DNA from: Spirochaetia bacterium
GTDB taxonomy: Bacteria > Spirochaetota > Spirochaetia > SZUA-6 > Bin103
Reading direction: 5' to 3'
DNA length: 64,000 nucleotides
Assembly: GCA_965208575.1 (NCBI GenBank)
Contig: CBDBOV010000006.1
Coordinates: forward strand, 608,001-672,000
Shown here: positions 30,461 through 39,723 of the stretch, in pieces
Layout: each line of letters starts with the position of its first letter
Position numbering within the stretch: the stretch's first letter is position 1
Made by a program: the position numbers and the translations under genes
The notes under the pieces: model-generated
Told to the model about the DNA's origin: nothing
The model's database searches: none
The model's input: the letters and a program-made list of their open reading frames with translations, nothing else

Positions 30461-30608
30461 TTGTTGTTTCTCAGGAGTGCCGTCATTCCACCGCTGGTCC
30501 GGTCACGACTCTGTATCCCTTTGTTCAGAAGGGCTTCGTCAAGGGTGAGATGATGAGACGCACAAGGTGCTACCCAAATCTCGGCATCACGAATGAGGAG
30601 ATTCTACC

Positions 30609-30803
30609 GTGAGAGTCCTGTTGACCCTGACCGTGTTGGTACTAGCCATAGCCATTCTGTTCCTGCTGTTCCTGGTGGCTCTGCTGTGGCGGCGCCAAGG
30701 CGAGTCGTCAAACAACCGCTTCTTCTTGAAGGTTGAAGCGGGGCCGCATGGCAGTTCCCCACCGTCTGCGCGGGTGACTCGTCTTGAGGAAGAGCAGTCA
30801 TGA
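30609..30803 (+). CDS. Small membrane protein
   Basis: GAGGAG RBS, single long hydrophobic helix. Confidence 0.5.
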   Translation: MRVLLTLTVLVLAIAILFLLFLVALLWRRQGESSNNRFFLKVEAGPHGSSPPSARVTRLEEEQS

Positions 30804-30869
30804 GGGGATCCAGGATTCGATCCGGCTGCCGGTAGGCCCCGTGCCATCCGTTTGATAAATGGGGACAGC

Positions 30870-31151
30870 TTACTGGATGCTGTCAAACTGGATCCGCAGC
30901 CGAGTTTCCGTTGCCCGCGCGACCTTCTCCAGCGTCCGCGTGGACGGTGGTGTGCGACCGCTCTCCAACCGCGCAACCGCCGACTGCGTCGTCTTCATCC
31001 GCGCGGCCAGCTCCGCCTGGGTCAGGCCCGCGCGTGTGCGCGCCTCGATTAGCGCACGTGCCACCTCGTATTCCGGCCCCAGTTGTTCGTACGCCTCGCG
31101 ATAGTCGGGATCTCGGCTCCACTGTTTGTGCAGTTCGGCAAGCTTGCTCAT
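30870..31151 (-). CDS. XRE HTH antitoxin (HigA-like)
   Basis: ARTRAGLTQAELAARMKTTQSAVARLESG. Confidence 0.88.
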   Translation of the reverse strand: MSKLAELHKQWSRDPDYREAYEQLGPEYEVARALIEARTRAGLTQAELAARMKTTQSAVARLESGRTPPSTRTLEKVARATETRLRIQFDSIQ

Positions 31152-31436
31152 TACGATACCTCCCCGGCGCGTCGTAGCGCCACCTCGATCTCTCGCCGCG
31201 GCGTCCCTCCGGTCTTCTTCGCGAACACCCGCACCACCACGACCCTCCGATGCTTCACGGTGACACACAGCGCCCGCGCGATGCCGTGCCGACCGCTGAA
31301 GCGCCTTTTCCAGCGGTCCGGTCAGGTGTCTGACATGCGGCACGCCGACCCGCTCCAGGCCGACCGTCGCGATCAACTCGCCGATGTGAGCAAACCGCAC
31401 GCGCATGTCGGCCGGCAACACGTCGACGTGCCATCA
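31151..31436 (-). pseudogene. HigB/Gp49-like RelE toxin, frameshifted
   Basis: LPADMRVRF...PHVRHL, then GIARALCVT...RVFAKKTGGTPRREIEVALRR in another frame. Confidence 0.75.
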
Positions 31437-31541
31437 CAGGGGCATTAGGGTCATCTATATCAAGCGCTTGACGTATGTGTTGAAGACGAAAAGAGACCGC
31501 TATTCGTACCCACAATCCCCGCGTCTCCAGGGTTAGACAGC

Positions 31542-32009
31542 TCACCATCCAGCGCCATTTCTGGCGTCTCGTTTCTCACGATTACGCCCGCGGTTGCCCA
31601 AAACCGGGACGTAGCCTCCTGCGCCGCCTAGTTTCATATCATGCCTATCAGACTCCTGCAAGAGAGCGTCCTCTGCTACATCTGCATGTTTTTCGGTAGC
31701 TTTTACAAGTCGAGCTGTCTCCTCGGCCTGGCGTCTGAGCTCCGCCTGCTGCGACTCGAGAGCCCTCGTGTTGACTCGTATTTCCTGTCCGTATTGAAAA
31801 TATCCGATCACGATCCATCCGAGAGCCAGAGGAGCGGTTACTCCGGCAAGAAAATCTCCCCATTCATTCAGAGTCATTCCCGGGATGTCACTCCTCCTAA
31901 GGAGTATGAAGAACAGTATGATGGCGAGCCATACGGTGGTTCCGGCAATGCCTGCGGCTGTGAGACGACGAGTTCGGACAGAGTTCTTCGAGCTAGCGTG
32001 TCGCCTCAC
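31542..32009 (-). CDS. Hypothetical membrane protein with coiled coil
   Basis: Two TM helices with LNEWGDFLAG motif; lower GC; directly downstream of HsdR_N gene. Confidence 0.7.
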   Translation of the reverse strand: MRRHASSKNSVRTRRLTAAGIAGTTVWLAIILFFILLRRSDIPGMTLNEWGDFLAGVTAPLALGWIVIGYFQYGQEIRVNTRALESQQAELRRQAEETARLVKATEKHADVAEDALLQESDRHDMKLGGAGGYVPVLGNRGRNREKRDARNGAGW

Positions 32010-32011
32010 AG

Positions 32012-32962
32012 TCAGCTTCTCGGTTGCTCCAAGTATACGCGCCCTGGGTCTTCGCCCAAGCGCTCCAACAGCGTCTTCGCTCGCCGCATATGAACGGCTC
32101 CGCTGCCGTGTCTATCAATCTGCATTCCCGTACCTGCAATTTCAATAGGCCACCTTGGATTCCACCTATGGTCATCGACATGCCCAACCAAGAAGCTGCC
32201 TTCCCTCGTCGATTGCACTGGCGTGTTGTCGATCTTCAGCTTGCCAACGCGAACGAGCCACTCTGCCGTGCAAGACAGGACATGCCACCAAGCTCGGACC
32301 GGCTTCTGCTCGCTATCGGGGAAGATGATACCGGTCGGCTTGGGTGCACCTCGAACGAACTTGAACTCCGATAAAGGAATCCCGTCAGACGGGGGCTGCG
32401 GACCGGGAGGAGTAGGGTCAACTGGCAAGTCGGGGCTACCTACCGCATCTCCCTGCTCCAGATTGGCCTTCCATAGCCAAAGGAACTGGATGGCGAGTTG
32501 CGCGGACGACTCTGACTCTCGATCGAGCGCTACATTTAGGCGGCGGCGCTCTTCAAGCTCGCCCGGCTTGAACACCTCGTACATCTCCCACTGTCTTCCG
32601 TTGGTGAGGGCAACGTAGCTGCTTCCTACTACCGACGCGTATGCCACCACCTGAGTACGGTGCTTGTCGGTGAGCGACTCTCCAAGCCGCTTCGCCTCGA
32701 CGATTGCTCGGGGCTTAGCGTCTGCTCCCAGCAGGGCATAGTCTGCCGAGCCCGATCTTACGCGGTACTCAGGTACCACAACCGCAGGATCGGACACATC
32801 CCATCCAAGCGCGGACAGTAGCGGGTCTACCAGCGCGACGCGGGTGCGGGTCTCGTTCTCCTGAAGCAGGTCTCTGTGGACACTAATCCTGCGTCGCAGC
32901 ATGTCGAGTGTGCCAACCAGAGGGTAAAGAAGATCGATTTGCTTTCCTTCGACCACGCGCAT
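32012..32962 (-). CDS. HsdR N-terminal (PD-(D/E)XK) nuclease domain protein
   Basis: NETRTR..LVDPLL.ALGWD, PEY, ADYAL, IVEAKR, LTNGRQW. Confidence 0.85.
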   Translation of the reverse strand: MRVVEGKQIDLLYPLVGTLDMLRRRISVHRDLLQENETRTRVALVDPLLSALGWDVSDPAVVVPEYRVRSGSADYALLGADAKPRAIVEAKRLGESLTDKHRTQVVAYASVVGSSYVALTNGRQWEMYEVFKPGELEERRRLNVALDRESESSAQLAIQFLWLWKANLEQGDAVGSPDLPVDPTPPGPQPPSDGIPLSEFKFVRGAPKPTGIIFPDSEQKPVRAWWHVLSCTAEWLVRVGKLKIDNTPVQSTREGSFLVGHVDDHRWNPRWPIEIAGTGMQIDRHGSGAVHMRRAKTLLERLGEDPGRVYLEQPRS

Positions 32963-32974
32963 TGCTTGCCAGAC

Positions 32975-33150
32975 ACGGAATGGGCGTGTCAAGCAAGGCC
33001 GCAACTGACGCACTGACGCCAACCCCTCTGATGAGCTCGCGCGACATGAAGAAGAAGACTGGCCGCGAGCGCTTCCAAGCATCTGGCCAGCCGATGGACG
33101 TGGACGTGTCATCCTTCCGGGCATGGGCATACTCCGATTTCGTCAACAAC
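32975..33150 (-). pseudogene. IstB-like ATPase remnant
   Basis: VVDEIG Walker B and VAALLD segments, degraded. Confidence 0.45.
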
Positions 33151-34035
33151 TGTCAATGCCGGAGAAATTCTCCCCACTTCTGCCGGAGTAAAATTCCCAC
33201 CCTGGCGTAACGGTAGGTCGGTGGTCAGCCGTCGGTTGACGCAGGTGCCTCCGTCTTGCGCGGGCGACCTCGCCGACGTTTCGGCTTTGGGCACCGCGAC
33301 CAGCACGCCGCGGTCGAACAGGTGCAGCTCCGCGGCTAGGCGATGGACCTCCACGACGCGTCGGGTGACCGTGTCCGGAACCGAGTATTGGTTGCCTTCG
33401 ACGCTCACCATCCCGTCGCGTGACAGACGCCGCTCCATGCGCAGCACGGTGGTGTATGGAGGCGCCGGCAGCGGCTGCAACTGTGGCCGTTCCTCGGTGA
33501 ACGCTTCCTCCACCACCCGCCGCGTGGTGCCGTGCCGGCCCCGATTTGCCACTTCGCGTCGCCAACGGTCGAACTCGGCGTTCAGATGACCGAGATTGTC
33601 GAAGTCGCTGCCCAGGAAGAATCCTCGCGCACGTAGCGGAATGGCCGCTCCACCTTGGCTTGGTCTTGGCCCGATATGGCGCGCACGCCCGCGGGCGGAA
33701 CCCATAGTGGGCAGCCAGATCAAGTAGCGTCGGGTGGTAGCGCACCTGGCCCCCCTGGTGCTCGCCGAGCAACGCGGCCTTCATGCGGTCGTACAGCACC
33801 GCGGGTGGCACGCCGCCAAACTGGGCGAACGCCGCCACGTGGCAACTCACCACCGTCTCCAGATTCTGACCCAGCACATAGCGCCCGAACAGGTACCGAC
33901 AGTAGCCGAGCACCATCGAGAAGAGCCACACCACCTGCACGGTCTCCGGCTGGTCCCGGAACTCCACCTTGAACTGAGCGAAGTCCACCTGCGCCTGCTG
34001 GCCGGCTGGCATCTCGAACCGATGCTCAAACTCGG
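33151..34035 (-). mobile_element. istA: IS21-family remnant: terminal repeat plus frameshifted istA
   Basis: TGTCAATGCCGGAG...GCCGGAG end; RFEMPAGQQAQVDF, LYDRMK, PYRAKTK, YSVP. Confidence 0.85.
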
Positions 34036-34108
34036 CTAAGCGCTGCTCGATGCCCCGCTGGCGAGCGAGCAGCCAGTCCATGGCGCTGTTACAGCTCGTT
34101 CTCGTCGT
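34036..34108 (-). mobile_element. IS1634-family transposase fragment
   Basis: DENEL..AMDWLLARQRGIEQRL. Confidence 0.55.
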
Positions 34109-34194
34109 ACCGGCTGCGCGAGAAGCGCCGCGCCGGCGTGCTGGGCGCATCCGCCTCGTCGCTGGCGAAGGCGTCGTCGTGAGCGTGCGCGGCA

Positions 34195-34704
34195 GGGCGC
34201 TACGAATTCCTGCTCCGCTCGTCCTTCGGCTTATTAGTTCGCCGGCCGGCCCCGTGTTGCTGCCAGCCTGTTCGTGCCCCGCTCTCGCGCTCCCGACGCC
34301 TCGCAGGCTCGGCGCCGGTACCGGGATCTATGTTGTTCACGCTGGCCGTCCCCGTTCCAGCGAATCTCGCCCACGGGCAAGAGCAGGACCTTCCTGGCTC
34401 CCTGTCCCGCGACTCTGCGCCGGTCCACGACCCCGGACGATCCATCGTGCCTCGCCACTGGCGGCGCTACCGGCTGCCCCCAGATTCACCACACTGAAGG
34501 CATCGTCATAGAACTATCGAGGCTTAGAGCGACGCTACATCATCGCCCGCTGTTTACGCTTCACGACGAAAGTTGCCGTTTGCCATGCAAGACTCGCTTC
34601 CGGCTGGCGGGCTGCGCCTTTGCCGGGCGGGAGTCGAACCCGGTGGGGCGCTTCGAAAGGCTCAGATCAAGTCGTCGTCCTCGCCAGGACTTCTCCTGGC
34701 GCAA
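34195..34704 (-). mobile_element. 5' fragment of a group II intron ribozyme (no RT ORF)
   Basis: Starts TTGCG; hairpin CGCCAGGAGAAGTCCTGGCG; GGTTCGACTCCCGCCCGGCAAAGG, GCCGGAAGCGAGTCTTGC, GAAGCGTAAACAGCG domain I motifs. Confidence 0.7.
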
Positions 34705-34753
34705 GGTCAATTTTCGATGTCGCCAGGGGGTCAGTTTCTGCTGTCGCGTGATA
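34705..34753 (-). mobile_element. IS21-type left end, truncated by the intron
   Basis: TATCACGCGACA..AAACTGACCCCCTGGCGACATCGAAAATTGACC tandem binding repeats. Confidence 0.65.
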
Positions 34754-35169
34754 GCGGACGTCAATAAGCGATCTCGGGCCATCATCCGTCCGCGCTTGCG
34801 GCTCCAGACCAGTCTGGACGGCGGCCGTGCCCAAAATAACGAAGGGGGAACGGTGCGGGGGTAATGAGCTAAGACATAGCAGCGGTGCGGGGATTATACT
34901 GGCCGGCATGACGGACGCTGACCGGAACGAGTTGTCTGCAAGGGCTGGCGGAGAAGGTGGACGCGCTGGCAAGGATCTGGCGTCGTGCGGGGTGAGAAGA
35001 ACCGCGCCCGGCGGCCTGTCGTTTCTGCCTCCACGAGCGTCGCGCGTGGTCGTCGAGGTCCTGCAGCACACAGCCATAGCCGCCGGCAGTCCGCACCGGA
35101 CCATCCAAGTGAGCGGCGACGACGTTTCGAATGCGGACCGGGCCACCGTCGGCGGAAGCGCGAAGTAGT

Positions 35170-35700
35170 ATGAATTCTGATTGGCAAAACCTGCCAGCAG
35201 ATGCTCAGCAGTGCCGAGAGGTTTTCGCTAGGTTTGGCTTGGCGATGTACTTTTCCCAATGTCTTGAGATACAGATCGGGTTGATGTTAGCTACTATGTT
35301 CAATCGTCAATTCCTATCCGTTCCTTACGAAGACAGAGGCGCACTATTCGATAAATCGTTCTCGAATACCTTGGGCCGCATGATGTGGATTCTGAAGAAG
35401 GACAAGCTTGTCTCACCAACGTTGGAAAGCAGATTGGAAAGAGCAGTCGAGGTTAGAAACTGGCTAGCACATAAGTACTTCTATGAGAGGTCAAGAGAGT
35501 TTCCCTCTCACGAGGGCCGAGAAGCTATGATCTCTGAACTTCAATGTCATGCAGATTTTCTTCAGGAAACCGATGTGATATTTGCAGAACTAATGAAGAA
35601 GTGGAGGCGCCACATAGGCGTGTCGGACGAGGACGTTAGTGCAGAGATGGAGCGCTTCCTTTCGGAACCAGATCGGCCTTCGACATCCCGGACGCCGTGA
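35170..35700 (+). CDS. Low-GC hypothetical protein, putative HEPN RNase
   Basis: TLGRM...RNWLAH (RxxxxH) in helical protein. Confidence 0.65.
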   Translation: MNSDWQNLPADAQQCREVFARFGLAMYFSQCLEIQIGLMLATMFNRQFLSVPYEDRGALFDKSFSNTLGRMMWILKKDKLVSPTLESRLERAVEVRNWLAHKYFYERSREFPSHEGREAMISELQCHADFLQETDVIFAELMKKWRRHIGVSDEDVSAEMERFLSEPDRPSTSRTP

Positions 35701-35732
35701 GTATTCATTTAGCCAGCGGGTCGGGGCCGGGG

Positions 35733-36280
35733 CCAGGCGCAGGCGATCACCGCCGAGGGGTGCGCCGCCATCTTCGCAACAGCCGCATCCCGAGACACAC
35801 CGGGCGCGGCATGGAGGGTGAGACGGCCGCCGCCGAACGGGGCGCCGTGGACAAGGCGATTGCCAACCTGTTGTTCCAGGGCGGGTTGCGCAGGTCGAAA
35901 GCTGCGGCGCTCCGCTGGGCCGACGTACCGGACGGCACCGCCGCGGACGTGCTCTGCCTCAAGACGGGTGCGCCGTGGCGCTCCGCGGGCTTCGCGACCT
36001 GATCACCGTGTAGCGGTCAGGCTTGCGGCCGGAGCCGACCGACCAGGCGCTCGCGGGTTGAACGGCCAGTCTATCGCCTGGCGCCTCGCAGCGGCCGCCA
36101 GGGCCGCCGGCATCGAGGGCCGGCGCACCGGCCACTCCCGGCGTGTCGGTCTCGCATCCAAGCTCACCGCCCGTAGCGCCAGTACCACCGAGACGATGCT
36201 TGCCGGCGGCTGGACAACCACCCGCATGGTCGCCCACTACAGCGGCGGCGCAACCGTCGAGCAGGTCGCCGTCGCCAGTA
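35733..36280 (+). pseudogene. Cre-like tyrosine recombinase remnant
   Basis: GGLRRSKAAALRWAD, GHSRRVG, AGGW...MVAHY across frameshifts. Confidence 0.8.
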
Positions 36281-36531
36281 TGTGTGACCGGGACGGCATG
36301 GCAGCGCCGTCGCCGAGAAAGCCCTGGACCGGAACGGTTGACGGTGCCGGCATCCCACGGTCACGGGTCAGCCTCCGTGCGGGTCGTCCGCCGCTCGACC
36401 ACGCACAACATCCCCCACGCCGCCCACAGGCTGATCGGCAGCCACACGGCGAACACCAACAGGTAGTCAGCGTCCGTGCCAACCGTGCCGAACACCTTGC
36501 CTCCGACAAAGACCAGGGTGCCGCCGACTAG

Positions 36532-38302
36532 CCCGCATCGCTCACCAAGGGGATCGGCTGGCCGATTTGGTCCCGAGTTGAGGGCGCCGGAAGTGTGCAG
36601 AGAGCAAGGAGGGGCCGTGGGGCGGCGGTGCGAGCGTGGTTTTCGTGCCACGCGCCGCTGATCAGGTCGTAATGGTCAGTCACAGGCGCTGCAAGCTGCG
36701 GAATTGGACGCACCTCCCCCTGGTCAGACCTGCTGCAGTGAGTTTCGTGGCGCTGTGGCGGGGCTACCCAGGTGCGTCGCGCACAGGGGCCACGCACACG
36801 GGGGCAGCGCGCAGGGCGGTGAGCGCCTGTGCGAACAGCTCCTGCAACGGATATACCGATGACAACGAGATCCGTACCCTGCGCACCGACACCTTGATAC
36901 GTCCCGCGAGCTTGATCAGCCGCGCCCGGATGGTGTCGAAGCGCGCGTTGGCAAGCTCGGTTCCTTGCAGTCCCACGCGGCGCAGGATCGTCAACAGGAT
37001 GCCGGCAAAGGCGGAGAAGTACAGCCGTATCTGATTGGCACGCATCGTCGCCGTCGAGGTACGGTCGGCGAACAGCCACAGTTGCTGCTCCTTGATGCGG
37101 TTCTCCATGTCACCACGGGCGCAGTACAGCTCTTCGTAGAGGGCCTGCTTGGCAATCGTCTGCCGGTCGAGGCTGGTCACCACGAAGCGCGGATTGCCGC
37201 CGCCGGTGCCAGGCAGCCACTCCGCCTTGGCCACCACCCGGCGGCTTCGGCTCCACGAGTCCAGCGTTCGGTAGCGGAACTCCCGGAACCGTCGCGACGC
37301 CTTCCCGCTCGCCGCACTGCGGCGCCGCGACTTGCGCAGCGCCTTGGCGATGCGCCGCTGCAGGCGTGCGTTGCGCGCCAAGCCGAGCACATAATCGACG
37401 CCGTTGTCCTCGCACCAAGCCATGATCGATTCGCGACAGAATCCCGAGTCACCGCGCACCAGAATCTTCGTCTCCGGCCAGCGTTGGCGGATCTGCGCCA
37501 CTATCACTGTCAGTTCCTCCACCGCTCCGTCACTCGCGTCGCAGTCGGCGCGGCGCAGACGGCAGCGCAGCACATGCTCGCCACAGGTGATGTACAGCGG
37601 CAGATAACAGTAATGGCCGTAGTAGCCATGGAAGAAGCGGCCTTCCTGGTTGCCGTGCAACCGGTCATCGGTCGCATCCAGATCCAGCACTACCTGTGCC
37701 GGCGGTCGCCGCTCGCTGTCCAGAAACAGATCCACCAGCAGGTCGTCGATGATCCGGCCATCGGCGAGGATCTTCTTGTAGCGATGACACTTGGCCGTGT
37801 CTGGATCGCCCAGCTCCAGGCGGTTCAAGGTGCTGGACCCGGCCAGGGCGTGACCGCGGTCACGTTCGCGCAGGCGCTGCGCGCCGGTCACATCGGCGCA
37901 CCCGGTGGCCAACGCCAGAGCGCTGTCGTCACGCAATCGGTCATGGTCATTGAGGTCCTCATAGCCGGCCGCCAGCCCCAGCACCCGCTGGGCGATCAGG
38001 ATCTGAAGGGGATGCTCGACCCGCTCCGGATCGCGATAGTCGGTGAAACAGGCCGCCAGTCGGCCGGTCACGTCAAATAACCGGTCAGCTTCGCGGAGCA
38101 ACAGCACGCCGCTGTCCGATGTCAGCCGACCGCCATCAAACGCGCCCACGACCGAGCGCCGTCCGAGACCTTCAAATAGCAGTTGTTCTGTAGTACAGTG
38201 TGTTTCCACGGGGTGGTTCCTTGTGGCTTTGTATTTGTTGCTACCATATACAGATAACCACAAATTCCACCCCGTGTCTATCCCCCTGGTGAGCTTTCCG
38301 GG
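36532..38302 (-). mobile_element. Complete IS1380-family element
   Basis: IRs CCCGCATCGCTCACCAAGGGGAT / CCCGGAAAGCTCACCAGGGGGAT; 4-bp TSD CTAG at 36528 and 38303. Confidence 0.93.
36764..38209 (-). CDS. IS1380 family transposase
   Basis: FDGGRLTSDSG, GYEDLNDH, LDLDATDD, RGDSGF, RGDMENRIKE. Confidence 0.95.
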   Translation of the reverse strand: METHCTTEQLLFEGLGRRSVVGAFDGGRLTSDSGVLLLREADRLFDVTGRLAACFTDYRDPERVEHPLQILIAQRVLGLAAGYEDLNDHDRLRDDSALALATGCADVTGAQRLRERDRGHALAGSSTLNRLELGDPDTAKCHRYKKILADGRIIDDLLVDLFLDSERRPPAQVVLDLDATDDRLHGNQEGRFFHGYYGHYCYLPLYITCGEHVLRCRLRRADCDASDGAVEELTVIVAQIRQRWPETKILVRGDSGFCRESIMAWCEDNGVDYVLGLARNARLQRRIAKALRKSRRRSAASGKASRRFREFRYRTLDSWSRSRRVVAKAEWLPGTGGGNPRFVVTSLDRQTIAKQALYEELYCARGDMENRIKEQQLWLFADRTSTATMRANQIRLYFSAFAGILLTILRRVGLQGTELANARFDTIRARLIKLAGRIKVSVRRVRISLSSVYPLQELFAQALTALRAAPVCVAPVRDAPG

Positions 38303-38556
38303 CTAGGGTCGCGCGCCACACCAGCGCCCACCAAGCAGCAAGAACCGCCGACCACGGCACCAGGTCGCGGCGCAGGATCGCCCGCACCGCCCACAGGCTG
38401 ACCAGCAGCACCACCGGGAACCTCACCGAGGGAATCGAGTCGTCAATGCGGCCCAACGCTACTTCCGCCAGGGCGGTCAGCACAACGCCGACCAGCGCCA
38501 TACGCCAGGTCAGCCTCCACCAGAAGATGAGCACCGCGGCCGGGTCGCTCCCGCGA

Positions 38557-39567
38557 TCATCGGTCATGGCGCCTCGCAGCCGGGCAGCCGGGCAGGAGTC
38601 GGGTCGCGTCGCAGCCCTCCACATGGCGAAGCAACCCGACCCCGGCAAAGTTGGCGTCGGTCAGGATCGCTCCGGTTAGATCAGCACCGCCCACGATAGC
38701 GTTGCCGAGGTTGGCGCCGGTGAGGTCGGCGCCGCTCAGGTTCGCCCAGAGCAGGTAAGCGGCAATCAGGTCGGCGTCGGTCAAGTCCGCCTCAGACAAG
38801 TTGGCCAGTCGCAGCAGAGAATCGCCCAGGTCAGCTGCGATCACCTTCGCACCGTCCAAGCGTGCGGCGATCAGGTTCGCCCCTCGAAGATAGGCGTGGC
38901 TCAGGTCGCCCCCGACTATGCTGGCCTCGGTCAGGTCGGCCCCCTCGAAGGTTGCAAGGGTCATCCGCGCTCCAGACAGTGAGGCCCCGCTCAGGTTGGC
39001 CCCGGTCATGGTTGCCGGGTACAGGTTGGCTCCGGCCAGTTTGGCGCCTCTCAAGTCCAGATCGGTCAGGTCGGCGTGGCTCAGGTTGGCTCCGCGCAGG
39101 TCCCCTCGCAAGTCAGTGCCGTGCCGATCAGCCAGGGGGCCTTCTTCCAGCTCCACATCTACCAGAGTCGCCCCGTTTAGGCGCGTGTCGCGCAGGGTGG
39201 CCCATAGCAGATGGGCACCTGCCAGGGAGGCACCGCTCAGGTCCGCGCCCGTCAGGTTGGTGAACACCAAACCAGCGCCGGCCAGGGAGGCACCGACCAA
39301 GGTGGCGTTGGTCAGATCGGCGTTGGTCAGGTTCGCACCGGCCAAAGTGGCACCGGTCAGGTCGGCACCGACCAGATTGGCGTTGGTCAGGTCGGCACCA
39401 GCCAGGGTGACACCGCTCAAATCAGCCCCACTCAGGTCCACCTCGTAAAGGTCCGCACCAGTGCAGGCCGGCAGGCATTCCGGGAGCGCTACGGCGCCGG
39501 CGGTAGTCGTCAGCAGAAGCGCCGCGACGATGGCAATATTCACGGCACGTTCAGGGCGTCGTTTCAT
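38557..39567 (-). CDS. Exported pentapeptide-repeat protein
   Basis: Signal-like N-terminus, long A(D/N)LxG repeats, Cys caps. Confidence 0.88.
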   Translation of the reverse strand: MKRRPERAVNIAIVAALLLTTTAGAVALPECLPACTGADLYEVDLSGADLSGVTLAGADLTNANLVGADLTGATLAGANLTNADLTNATLVGASLAGAGLVFTNLTGADLSGASLAGAHLLWATLRDTRLNGATLVDVELEEGPLADRHGTDLRGDLRGANLSHADLTDLDLRGAKLAGANLYPATMTGANLSGASLSGARMTLATFEGADLTEASIVGGDLSHAYLRGANLIAARLDGAKVIAADLGDSLLRLANLSEADLTDADLIAAYLLWANLSGADLTGANLGNAIVGGADLTGAILTDANFAGVGLLRHVEGCDATRLLPGCPAARRHDR

Positions 39568-39723
39568 GGGTCGGTGCCTTACCGCCGGCGCGCCAAGGCA
39601 CGCACCCACAAGAGGGGTAAGCCCAACCAGCGGGTGCACCCGGCGTAGCAGGCTGCCGCTCCTTAGGCCGAGCGGTTTCACGTCCACGCCTCCATGAGTG
39701 CATCTCGCCGGCCTCATGTCGCT

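Larger units (their letters stand above)
28805..30477 (+). mobile_element. IS110-family element, copy 1 (1673 bp)
   Basis: Identity with 60047-61719 defines ends; no IRs/TSD; long left end, 17-bp right end. Confidence 0.95.
36361..38567 (-). pseudogene. Two-repeat membrane protein interrupted by IS1380
   Basis: Removing IS plus one CTAG restores ...WRATL|VGGTLVF... in frame. Confidence 0.8.

Noticed and set aside
30455-30477. Junction-formed sigma70 promoter in the IS110 circle
   Set aside because: TTGTTG in the right end is not followed by a -10 at 16-18 nt across the junction; the internal TATAGT at 28857 is the better candidate
34620-34660. tRNA (GGTTCGACTCCC T-loop-like on minus strand)
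   Set aside because: No cloverleaf; the motif belongs to group II intron domain I
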